DNA of 62,018 nucleotides, filler included. It is 11 parts of 11 records of this genome, joined end to end, with 100 filler letters (N's around TTAATTAATTAA, not from the genome) between each part and the next. Parts side by side here need not be neighbours in the genome. Positions count along the whole stretch, not along the records: positions 19,956 to 30,465 come from SRR11831585_1163; positions 30,566 to 33,322 come from SRR11831585_1167; positions 33,423 to 35,689 come from SRR11831585_1168; 8 more parts are not named here. One strand, given 5' to 3'. A program made the position numbers and the translations under genes. Below are positions 22,275 through 35,789 of the stretch, in pieces (the first letter of the stretch is position 1; every line of letters begins with the position of its first letter). The notes under the pieces were generated by a model. It was not told the DNA's origin. It saw only the letters and a list, made by a program, of their open reading frames with translations, and searched no databases.

Positions 22275-22654
22275 CGCTTCGCCCTCACTCGCCAGAGGAT
22301 CAGTGCCATCAGCAGTAACAACACCACTGGCAGCGCCCATAACACCAGCGTCTGACCCGTTAACGGTGGGTTATAGCGAACAAAATCTCCGTAGCGTTCG
22401 GTCATCCAGCCAATGATTTCGACTTCGTTCTTCCCCTCCGCCACCATGCTGTAAACCTGATGGCGCATACTGACAGCCACCGGCGCGTTGGATTCCAGTA
22501 AGTTTTGATTCTGGCACTGCGGACAACGTAACTGGCTGGCAATATTTAACGCCTGTTGCTGTTGTTGCGGATTGGCGAATTGCCAGGTGTCTACGACCTG
22601 AGCGTGCGCAAAACAGGTAAATAACAGCAGTAGCGTGAGAAGCCCTTTATTCAT
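22271..22654 (-). CDS. nrfF: Heme lyase complex subunit (CcmH-like)
   Basis: LRCPQCQNQ and RYGDFV motifs. Confidence 0.95.
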
Positions 22655-24365
22655 CGCGCTTCTTCCCCCGCCATCCGCTTAACAATGCGCCCGCAATCAT
22701 CAACAATCCTCCCCCCCAGATCCAGCGCACACCGCTTTGTACATACAAACGAAAAGCGTAACGATCCGGCCCAGTTTTCTCCCCCATGACCGCATACCAG
22801 TCATGGATGCCGTTCCAGCGAATTGACGGTTCCATCATTTGTTGACGGCGTGCTTCATAAAAACGCCGCTCCGGCGTCAGTTCACCAATGCGTTGCTGAT
22901 GGTCAAACAGTGCCACTATCGCTTTTTCGCTGGTGTAATTGCCTTTGGCTTGTAGATCGAGGCACTCAAAACGGAAGGTGTATCCTGCCAGCGTCACCTG
23001 CTGACCCGGCTGTAAATTCAGGCTGATCTCCTGACGGCTGACGCTGGAGACCACGACCCCAGCGGCAAATAACAGCACGCCCGCATGAGCTACCAGCGCC
23101 GGAAGCTGCACGCGTTTGCCAGAGACAAACGTCGCCAGCACAATCACCACCAGCATCAACAGACCAAACGGTAACGTCGCGCGGTTAAAATACGGCGCGC
23201 CAACGGAGAGGCGTCCCCAGCCCAGCAGGCCGTAAATCATCGGATAAAGCGTTCCCACCAGCACGATCAGTAGCACTGCGCAAAACAGCAACAGCGTAGC
23301 GAGGATTAACATTTCCCGCGATAACCCCGAAAAATGCACCGCCGGGCCACCGTCCCGCGCTCGCCAGCCATACAGAGCCAGAGACGCAAGGCTAATCAGT
23401 GCAAACAGGCTGAACAACGGCACGGCGCGGACGTTATCCAGCGCGAACGCATGAACCGAAACCAGAATGCCAGAACGGACAATTAAGGTGCCCAGCAGCG
23501 ACAGCATCAGAGTAACTATCGCCAGCAACAGCGACCAGTGGCAAAAAATCCCCCGCTGGCGTGTCAGGGACAAACTGTGCAGCAGCGCAGTGGCAGAAAG
23601 CCAGGGTAATAAAGAGGCGTTTTCCACCGGATCCCAGAACCACCAGCCGCCCCAGCCGAGTTCGCAGTAGGCCCACCAGGAACCGAGGATGATCCCCGCC
23701 GTTAATGCACTCCAGCCAGGTAACGCCCAGCGCCAGCAAATTCGGGCGCAGGCACCATCAAACTCGCCGCGCAGTAGACTCGCCAGCGCCACGCTCGCCG
23801 CTACCATCAAACCGCCATAGCCAAGGTAAAGCAGCGGTGGATGAAAGATAAGACCGGGATGTTGCAGCATCGGATTGAGATCGCGGCCTTCGATTGCTGG
23901 TGGAAATATCCGCACGAAGGGATCGGACCACAGCACCACAAACAGTAGCAGTGCGGCGAGCATGAGAGATAAAACGGCTAACGTCAGCGGAAATAGCGGA
24001 TCGGTTTGCTGCCGATAATGCCAGGCAAACAGCGCGCTCCAGGCGGAAAGCAGCAGCACCCAAAGCAGCAGCGAACCTTCATGGCCGCCCCACACCGCTG
24101 CCAGCTTGAGTTCCCACGACAGCAGGCTATAGCTATGTTGCGCGACATAAATGACCGAGAAATCGCTGATGAGAAAACAATACGTCAGTACGCCAAAGGC
24201 GAGCAGCAGGAGCGCGAACTGCGCCAGAATGCCGATGCAAGTGAGTCGCATCATGGCAGGCCAGCGCAACCGCACTCCCGCGAAGGCCGTCAACGGGGTC
24301 AACACGTTGACCCCGAGACTTAACAACAACGCCAGAAAACCGACTTCAGGAAGGAATACGTCCAG
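22647..24365 (-). CDS. nrfE: Heme lyase subunit (CcmF-like); start uncertain, possibly CTG at 24365
   Basis: WGGHEGS, HPPLLYLGY and WGGWWFWDPVENASL CcmF motifs. Confidence 0.94.
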   Translation of the reverse strand: MDVFLPEVGFLALLLSLGVNVLTPLTAFAGVRLRWPAMMRLTCIGILAQFALLLLAFGVLTYCFLISDFSVIYVAQHSYSLLSWELKLAAVWGGHEGSLLLWVLLLSAWSALFAWHYRQQTDPLFPLTLAVLSLMLAALLLFVVLWSDPFVRIFPPAIEGRDLNPMLQHPGLIFHPPLLYLGYGGLMVAASVALASLLRGEFDGACARICWRWALPGWSALTAGIILGSWWAYCELGWGGWWFWDPVENASLLPWLSATALLHSLSLTRQRGIFCHWSLLLAIVTLMLSLLGTLIVRSGILVSVHAFALDNVRAVPLFSLFALISLASLALYGWRARDGGPAVHFSGLSREMLILATLLLFCAVLLIVLVGTLYPMIYGLLGWGRLSVGAPYFNRATLPFGLLMLVVIVLATFVSGKRVQLPALVAHAGVLLFAAGVVVSSVSRQEISLNLQPGQQVTLAGYTFRFECLDLQAKGNYTSEKAIVALFDHQQRIGELTPERRFYEARRQQMMEPSIRWNGIHDWYAVMGEKTGPDRYAFRLYVQSGVRWIWGGGLLMIAGALLSGWRGKKRDE

Positions 24366-24384
24366 AAACCACCTCTTTTCTGGC

Positions 24385-25341
24385 TTACGCCACCGTCAAC
24401 TGTCCGGCGTAGAGAATGAAAAAGCGCAGCATCAACACGCCGACCAGACTGGCCCCACACGCCGCCAGCACGGCAGGAATGCCGGAACTGCGATTGACCC
24501 ACGGTTTGAGCAGCATTGGCACAATCAGCCCCAGCCCGGCGACACCAAGCCAGAACCACCACGTCCAGAAACCGCCACCTAATGCCGCCACCAGCGCACG
24601 AACTTTACCGTCATCGCCCAGCGCCAGACCGACAAAAAACGCCACCAGCAGGAAGATTTCACCCCATACCACAGGGATTTCCATACGGTGTACAAACTGC
24701 GCTTCCGTGGAATGCGGGTTACTGCGTTGGCGTATCGCCATGGCGATCAGCGCCACCGCCGCACCGGACGAGATGCCGGAGAAGAGGAACAGCACCGGCA
24801 GGATCGGGTTATTGAGGAACGGATACGATTTCAGCGCCGACAGCAGAAAGCCGGTATAAGCCCCCAACAACACCGCCAGCACCAGCATCAATGTTTCCAG
24901 TCCGCGATGAACGGGCGTCAGCAGGCTCAGAACCTTTTGCACGATCCCCAGCTTCGGCAACCAGCGTTGTTGCAGGGCAAGCAAATCATGTTCAAAGATT
25001 TTCGCCAGCCACAGCACCAGCACCACCATGTAGAGCTGAAACAGCATCACCCCCATCGACATCACCGAGGTAAAACTGTAGTGGAACATCAGCTTCCAGA
25101 AGGTCCACGGTCTTGTCAGGTGGAAGACGAGGATCAACAGACCGAGGATCACCGCGCCCGGCCCGACAATCAGCGTGGTGCGCAGCAACGTACTGTCTGC
25201 ACCGCCCGCCTGCGGGTAGAAGCGACGTAACAGCACGGCCAGCGTCACCAGACCAGCAGAAATACCAATCAAAAACAGGTAGATGGCAATCGGCCAGTCC
25301 CACACCAGCGATTCAAAATGAAATGCGGAAGTCTGCGTCAT
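24385..25341 (-). CDS. nrfD: Nitrite reductase membrane subunit
   Basis: WDWPIAIYLFL, HLTRPW and YTGFLLS motifs. Confidence 0.96.
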   Translation of the reverse strand: MTQTSAFHFESLVWDWPIAIYLFLIGISAGLVTLAVLLRRFYPQAGGADSTLLRTTLIVGPGAVILGLLILVFHLTRPWTFWKLMFHYSFTSVMSMGVMLFQLYMVVLVLWLAKIFEHDLLALQQRWLPKLGIVQKVLSLLTPVHRGLETLMLVLAVLLGAYTGFLLSALKSYPFLNNPILPVLFLFSGISSGAAVALIAMAIRQRSNPHSTEAQFVHRMEIPVVWGEIFLLVAFFVGLALGDDGKVRALVAALGGGFWTWWFWLGVAGLGLIVPMLLKPWVNRSSGIPAVLAACGASLVGVLMLRFFILYAGQLTVA

Positions 25342-26009
25342 TGGCTCACCTCCCCGTATTTAAACGGTACGCGGTACAGCTTCGGTTTGGTTCCCAGCGC
25401 CAGCTTGTAGCGGTAAGTGGGCTTCTGGCGCAGCAGTTGCGAAATCTCACTGTTGGGATCGTCCAGATTGCCAAACGTCAGCGCCTTGGTCGGGCAAGCT
25501 TCAACGCACGCGGGCAACTTACCGGCCTGCAAATTGGTCTTACGGCAGAAATCGCATTTGTCCGCCGTCTTCGTGACCGGATGGATAAAGCGCACGCGGT
25601 ACGGACAGGCGGCGATGCAGTACTGACAACCGACGCAGAGATCCGGATTAACATCGACAATCCCACTGGCAGCATCGCGAAAAGACGCACCGGTCGGGCA
25701 GACGTCAACGCACGGCGCATGATCGCAGTGCTGGCAAGACTTACGGAAGAAGCGATATTTCACATCAGGAAATTCGCCCTGCGGCTCGCTACGAATAATC
25801 GTCAGGCGCGAGACGCCTTCCGGCACCTTGTTCACTTCCCGACAAGCATCCATACAGGCGGTACAGCCGATGCATAACGACTCGTCATGCACCATGCCGT
25901 AACGCACCCCATTGATATTCAACGTTTTCGCCACCACGCGCCCTGCGGTGCCGCTGACGGCTGCCAGCACGCCGACGCCGGTGAGAAACTGGCGACGAGA
26001 CCAGGTCAT
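25338..26009 (-). CDS. nrfC: 4Fe-4S subunit
   Basis: Tat signal and four ferredoxin-type Cys clusters. Confidence 0.96.
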
Positions 26010-26572
26010 GGCTGCTCCTTAAGCAACGGAACAGACGCCGGGTTAAAGTTCGGATTGGTGCGCTGATCGCTGTGGCAATCGACGCAAATCTTAATCCGTC
26101 CTTTGTCACTTAACGTCTGCATCGTATCTTGCTGTGGATGCAGGGAATGGCAGCTGGCGCACGCCACTTTGGTTACGTGGACATCGTGCGGCCAGAACGC
26201 TTTTTGCAACTGTTCCGGCAGATGACAGGACATACAGACGCTGTTCTGCTCTCCAACCTTGTACATCGGCTCGTTAAAGCGCATCACATCTTTCACCCCT
26301 TCGCGGTGTTGCGGTGATGGCTGGCCGTGACAGTTGGTGCAGGTGACCGGCAGTTTGTTATTCGGGTTGATAACGGAAGCATGTTTTCCATGCATACCTT
26401 CGGTATCTGGTTTATGACAGTCCAGACAGGCGGCATCCGGGTTACGCTGCTGGGTAACTTCGTAGCGATCATCAGATGCCTGCGCCGCAGGGGTAGCGGT
26501 AATTCCGTTCAGGCTCCACAACAGGCCCGACGCCAGCACCCCGGCAGTTAATAACGAACGTAATACGCTCAT
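26006..26572 (-). CDS. nrfB: Pentaheme cytochrome c
   Basis: Five CxxCH motifs. Confidence 0.96.
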
Positions 26573-26616
26573 ATTCACTCCATTGTGTTTTCCGCCCCTT
26601 GCGAGGCGGAACGGGG

Positions 26617-28059
<1,443 letters not shown>

Positions 28060-28179
28060 TCATCCGAATTGCGCCATTGTTGCAATGGCGGTTTTTATTG
28101 TTTTTCACGACAGTAACCGCACCTACACTGTCATGACATTGCTCGCCCCTATGTGTAACAAATAACCACACTGTGAATG

Positions 28180-28227
28180 TTGTCTTTAATCAATTGTAAG
28201 TGCATGTAAAATACCACTTTAGAGTTA
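28180..28227 (-). promoter_or_regulatory. nrfA promoter FNR site (28180-28193) and NarL/NarP site (28212-28227)
   Basis: TTGATTAAAGACAA on the minus strand vs the TTGAT-N4-ATCAA consensus; TACCACT-tt-AGAGTTA 7-2-7 inverted heptamers. Confidence 0.75.
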
Positions 28228-28344
28228 GTCAGTATCTTCCTCTTTTTCAACAGCATGCATAACTGCATGTTCCTCAAAGAATTAATCAACTTTTGTTGCT
28301 GACCTTCAAAAATTACCCTGCCGTTTATTTGCACAATTCTACTT

Positions 28345-28366
28345 TTGCGTGATCTGTCGCCCAAAT
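28345..28366 (+). promoter_or_regulatory. CRP site of the acs promoter
   Basis: CGTGA-tctgtc-GCCCA resembles TGTGA-N6-TCACA; CRP activation of acs is known. Confidence 0.6.
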
Positions 28367-28444
28367 ACTAAACAAAACTGCCAATACCCCTACATTTAAC
28401 GCTTATGCCACATATTATTAACATCCTACAAGGAGAACAAAAGC

Positions 28445-30403
<1,959 letters not shown>

Positions 30404-30411
30404 CCCACAAT

Positions 30412-30465
30412 TGCCCGATGCGAGTCGGTAACGGTTTGTAGGCCTGATAAGACGCGACAGCGTCG
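30412..30465. repeat. REP/BIME (partial) at contig end
   Basis: GTAGGCCTGATAAGACGCGACAGCGTCG. Confidence 0.9.
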
Positions 30466-30565
30466 NNNNNNNNNNNNNNNNNNNNNNNNNNNNNNNNNNN
30501 NNNNNNNNNTTAATTAATTAANNNNNNNNNNNNNNNNNNNNNNNNNNNNNNNNNNNNNNNNNNNN
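30466..30565. other. Artificial contig spacer
   Basis: N44-TTAATTAATTAA-N44. Confidence 0.98.
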
Positions 30566-30594
30566 GCCAGACATTCGATTCTCCCTTAACTAAC

Positions 30595-33322
30595 CCTAAA
30601 GTGATTGTCTGTTACATGACACGGAAAGAACAGCACGCTACTGGCATTCGTCAGTGCTGCGAGATTTTCTTCCACTTTGGCGAGCACCTATAGATAAAGG
30701 CAGTACATGATGTGCTGGACATGTAAGTATGCATCGTACCTGACGAATGGATCCCGCATGCAGCGATTGCGGATTGATGATTGAGGGCGATATGTAGGCT
30801 CTGCCGCCAATTGTGTTGCAGACGCTTGAAGTGGACGTTGCGAACACATACTGGCAAAGGACTGCGTCCAGGAAAGCGTCGCTTACATACTTACCAAGCC
30901 CCAGACTTGCTCTGATTCTCTCGAAATCCTCTCTCAGAACGAGCAGAGGAACACTGTTCGCTGTCACAAACGGTGTTGACGCCTGACGTAGTGCCTCCCC
31001 CTCGTGGCTGGAACTGTACCCAGGTATTGTTTCGTCCACGTCGGTAAACGGCAAGTACTCAGGCTCCTCTTCTTCAGCGTGTTGGGTTGTAACAGCGTTG
31101 ATAGCAACGTGTGGCATCGTGTCGCATTGGACGCTCGTGAGCGTTGTCGTGGCCTCACCCAGCTGATTGTCGGCCGCGGTGGTGCACAGCGGTACGTGTG
31201 ACCTCGCGTGTAAATCGTCCTCTAACTCGTCTGCGGTGATTGGAAGAATATCAACCTGATTGTCACGCAGCGCCTGACACCATCGCATGGATATATCCAC
31301 CAGCTTGTGCAATTCCATCCCAATACGCGGCTTCACAAACGCAACCTGGGCATCCCGCATGTCCCGAACCACTGCAGGATATGTGTCTGAAATCTGTTTC
31401 AATGTTCGCTCTTTCTTTTGACCTTTTTTAAGGTTCTTGATCTTGTCTTCTAGCTGCGACGCCGTTCTTGTAGATGTGTACATACCAGGCTGACCGGGGC
31501 ACTCAAAGCAGAGCGCTGGTAGCCTCCGGTCGTGGAGCAAAGCCTGGCACAATTTGCTTCCAGATGACGAATGTGATGCTGCATGAATCATTAACCCTAC
31601 CAGAAAGTGAATTAGTTCCGCCATATCGTCCCAATTGGAACGTCGTCTCCGCTTGTCGCCCGTTGCCTCAACGGGGGTAATATACGAAGCGTCCTCCACA
31701 ACATAGATGCATTTCCGTGATGTTACTTGCACCGGTTCGAGCACGTGCGAGGGTGCATGCGTGCTGAGCTTCTCCAAGACCGCGTTAGCATGCTCCTTGG
31801 CTCGACGAAGCAACGGACTGCATTGGCCGCGAAGAAGGAGCATGTGGCCCGGGAAATCACGAAGCTCTGGGTCTTGCAGCGACCCAATTGTCGAATCCTG
31901 CCGCAGGTGGCTCGCCAGAGTATCTTGAGAGCGGAACTGCACATGATCCAGATAGGCTTGAATTCTTCTTGAGGTCATCAGTGGTACATAGCCGCTTGTG
32001 TGATGGAAAGCAAGGAATAGGGGGTGAGAACGGAGAACCATGGCACGCCTTGCGTTAGTCTCATGCAGACCGCCGTATAAATAGAGGTATGCAAGAATTC
32101 TCACGCGGCACTCGTCGTCGATAGACGCTATATGGTGCTGCTGCGCCACCTCATGCAACAACTCTGCGGAGGGGCTATCCACAACTTGTACTGAACTTGC
32201 GGCGGGATTACCATGTGTCTGAACTAGAACTGGTGCTTCCAGTGAGGCAAATGTTAACCGCCGAAAACTTGTCGCAGAGATTGCCTTGCTCCCCATAAGC
32301 CTTGGTCTCGCCCCGAGCACGTAGGCACTGACAAACTCTGCGTGATAGTCTCCTTCTTGCCACTGCATTGCAATGTGGCGGAAAATGGTGGCGCGGTTGA
32401 CAAATTGCTGGAACTCGGCATTCGTTGTAGTCCGGGCATAGTTTTGCAGCATATTGACCATTGCTACGGCCGGCAGCATACGCTTGAACACGGGTGACGA
32501 GTCTGATTGCACCGAGAACAGGTCGGCAGCCGCCTGCATCGCGTCGATATCACTGTTGTTGGACCGTAATCCAAACTGCGATGTGAGTCGAAACGTTGCA
32601 CTATCAGTGTCAGGGGAGAGTACGTCCTCTCTTTTGGCCAGGACACTGTACATGACCCTACAGTGAGTAGCCACGATTTCTTCCATGAGGATACCTACTG
32701 ACGGCTTGTCCTTCAGCATACGCGAGAACGTCATTACCCGGCTGGCCGCATAGCGTTGCGGCTCCGGGAATGAACTTGCTACGCGGTATTCTGTTAGGCG
32801 CACTGTCGACTCCGAAACTTCGCGGCCGGCCCGAAGAACTCCGTCCGGACCCCACTCGCGTCCTCGAAAACACCAGTCATTCATCTTCGACGCAGCAGAT
32901 GCGCTTGTGACGCCACATTCCCCTTCTTGGGCACTGTAAAGAAGCGGTGAGCCAGGGAAAAATGACCCATAATGTCCGACGCGGCGGAACACGTCGTTAC
33001 GATACACTAAGGAAACCAGCAAATCTCGTCGCCAGCCCGTGTCAATGGGCAGCGCAATGTTACGCTGATCCTGCTTGAGCGCGTCAAAGTACCGCTGCAC
33101 ACAGCCAATAGTGGCCCTAGCAAACGAAACTCCGAACTCCCCGTAATCCCGGCTAGGTATAACTATAACACTCGCACGAGGATCAGCCTCCCTCGTCACG
33201 GGTTGCAACATGTTTGCAATAGATTGACTGGTCATGGCGGCTACCCAATACACCGCGTTTTGCCGATCAACGCGCAGCTCTTCACGGTACTCGTTGTTGG
33301 AGGATGCCACGCGCTTCATTGC
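30595..33322 (-). CDS. Large eukaryotic protein: unknown N-region, Myb/telobox-like domain(s), Ulp1/C48-like peptidase; open at both contig ends (exons 33322-30740 and 30687-30595)
   Basis: 860+ codon open frame, then a 52-nt GTACG..TAG intron (30739-30688), then VLAKVEENL..VLFFPCHVTDNHFR and a GTTAGT donor; motifs RTASQLEDKIKNLKK and LREDFERI..GKYVSDAFLDAVL. Confidence 0.65.
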
Positions 33323-33422
33323 NNNNNNNNNNNNNNNNNNNNNNNNNNNNNNNNNNNNNNNNNNNNTTAATTAATTAANNNNNNNNNNNNNNNNNNNNNN
33401 NNNNNNNNNNNNNNNNNNNNNN
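33323..33422. other. Artificial contig spacer
   Basis: N44-TTAATTAATTAA-N44. Confidence 0.98.
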
Positions 33423-33682
33423 GTGTGAAGTACAATGTCACTTCGCTTTGTCCAGCTTAGAATAAAAACTCAAGTGTATCTGTGGACGTGAACATGTCTG
33501 CGTGCCTCGTTGGATCTGTTGTCCTGGGCTGTTTGTTAGTTGATTGTGTGTGTGTATGTGTGTGTGTGTTTTTTGGTGTATGTCTGTTCGTTGTGCGTGT
33601 ATACGGTGTGGTGGGAATGGGAGTCGGTGGCCTGTGGATGTGCTCTTATAACAGCTCCTGTGGCTCATGATACGTGGTACAG

Positions 33683-33850
33683 CGTGAGCAAAAGGAGCTT
33701 TTCCAGTGCCGGGTGTGCCGCGAGCGCAACTGTGCGTTTGTATGTCTCCCTTGCCGGCACATGTGCATGTGCGACGGATGTGGCGATCAGGTGGACCAGT
33801 GCCCGTTGTGTCGCGCGATCATCGTGAAGCGGTTTCGTGTGTATTTATGA
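33683..33850 (+). CDS. Terminal exon encoding a C3HC4 RING finger (IAP/MGRN1-type C-terminal RING), putative E3 ligase
   Basis: After ..gtacag: REQKELFQCRVCRERNCAFVCLPCRHMCMCDGCGDQVDQCPLCRAIIVKRFRVYL-TGA; absent from the supplied ORF track. Confidence 0.88.
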   Translation, partial: REQKELFQCRVCRERNCAFVCLPCRHMCMCDGCGDQVDQCPLCRAIIVKRFRVYL

Positions 33851-33897
33851 AAATGCCGTTCCAGAAACTGGGCGATGGCCCTGACCCGTGTTCCCGT

Positions 33898-35600
33898 TCA
33901 AAGTAGGTGATTGTACATGAGCAAGTCCGTCAACTGCGCAAAATCCTTGTTGATAGTCTTCAGGGCGACATCCTTGGCCATGCCGGACGCCAGAGTCGTT
34001 TGCGGCTTGCTGCTTGCCGGTGTGAGGTACGACTTGACACGATCCTTGGGCAACCACATTTGCATTGCGTTGGCCTACGCGACCGCGTTAAATAATCTTA
34101 CAACGTCCATATGCAGCCCATGTACACACTTCCAGAATTTACAACCATGGTGATACCTCCGCGCGCACTGTGTCGTCCAGTTCGCCATCACGTTGACAGT
34201 CAAGGAGTCGCACAAGCACGCAGGTCCACTCGACCGGTTTAATCTTCTTGGCCGAGATCTGCTCCTTCATGACCTCACCCACCCGCTTGGCCTTGAGCGC
34301 GTCGATTACAGACTGCAAATACTTGGTGAGTGCGCGGAAGGCAAGGACCGCAAGCGTACCCCGGGTATATTTCCCTGGAACAGAGGGACCCAGTACGCAC
34401 CGGACAGCACGTGACCGGTGAACGCAAAAACAGGCAAAACACCCCATCCAATCTGCAGAACACCCGTCACGCCTTGCCGGCAGCCACAAGCAATTGCGCG
34501 CGCAGTACCTGCATCAGCGATGGGGATTTCCCAAGCACCACGCCCCGCACATCGATAATCAAACAGGTGTTCGGATCAAACGGCTCGTTGAAAGTCTGCA
34601 CACGCACGGTACGACGTCAGTAATTTCCATGCGCTCCGCCAGCAAGTCTACGCAATACTATCCGCTCAAAGAACAGTTCATACCCTCCACCCGTCCTTCC
34701 ACCGTGGATTTTTGATCTCAGAGTCCAAGTCGCTCTCGAACGTGTACTGCACGCCCGTAGTGAGCGGAGTGGGCAAGTAGTACGCCCCGGGCGGGGTGAT
34801 ACTGAAGATAGTTTTGGCAAAACAATTGGAGAGCGGGATATTACGCGCAGAGTCCACTGCCACCTTATTCACAGAGGTAAGATTGTTATTACGACATGCA
34901 ACGACGAGAGTTCAGAAACAGCCACCATGCAGATGAGCAGGTAATTCATTGTCGAGAACGACAAATGTACCTTGAAACCGGTTGCTTGCTGGTAGCGGCA
35001 AATGAGATTGAAGTCTATTGGAGGCACTTGAAACGTCGTAGATCCAAAACGTGTTTTGATCCAGGTGGACAGGCTACCTTCGTCTTGCTACGATGGTCAC
35101 AAGGGAAAGAACATCATCAAAATGGCCACCGAAAGTACCAACATGCACGTACCGGGACAGGTGTGTCTCCTTGGATTGCCGTGAGCACCTCTAATCTCAC
35201 AACCACGTCAGCACCACCCAGCACGACCGCGCGGACGCAGCAACGCCAGAAACCCCATAGCACGTACGACGTAGGGGGAGCGGCGGACGGAATCCGATGC
35301 TGCCATTGAACATGCGCACCTCAGCCGAAGTGGGGAAGCATCGGTCAGACATGTACGCGCCACTGTGATACGTGGGCGCGGGAATCCATGCCCCTGCGGA
35401 ACATACTCAATCAGACAATAAAAACTACATCGATCCGGCTCGAACGCGACACATAACATCATTGAGCGAGTTAGATCGCGAAAGTACCATTGCGAATACG
35501 CGACGTCTTGTCGGGGTAATCATTGACGCTCACGCATCGCGAGCCGTCAACATGGCGAGCAGCCGGAACAACGCGCACAAATACGGACGCACAATTGACG
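33898..35600 (-). CDS. Conserved-looking eukaryotic hypothetical protein with C2-like beta-sandwich, last 9 exons
   Basis: Eight GT-AG introns splice in frame: NCASVFVRVVPA..PAPTYHSGAY..YQQATGFKVAVDSARN..SITPPGAYY..CLIIDVRGV..IGWGVLPVF..SGAYWVPLFQG..VLVRLLD..YNHLL-TGA. Confidence 0.75.
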
Positions 35601-35689
35601 CTGCGCACGTTCCGATGAGACATGGCAAGGAGCAAGGAAACAGACAACCAATAGGCGAGACGGATCTTCACAAGCTTCACACACATACA

Positions 35690-35789
35690 NNNNNNNNNNN
35701 NNNNNNNNNNNNNNNNNNNNNNNNNNNNNNNNNTTAATTAATTAANNNNNNNNNNNNNNNNNNNNNNNNNNNNNNNNNNNNNNNNNNNN
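35690..35789. other. Artificial contig spacer
   Basis: N44-TTAATTAATTAA-N44. Confidence 0.98.

Noticed and set aside
30585-30600. Telomere-like CCCTAA near a contig end
   Set aside because: It is a single copy, explained by the codons TTT AGG plus the GTTAGT splice donor on the minus strand.
30638-30739. C-terminus of the 893-aa ORF as given (VRCILTCPAHH..DECQ)
   Set aside because: It most likely reads through a 52-nt intron. The spliced frame gives a coherent peptidase-like motif instead.
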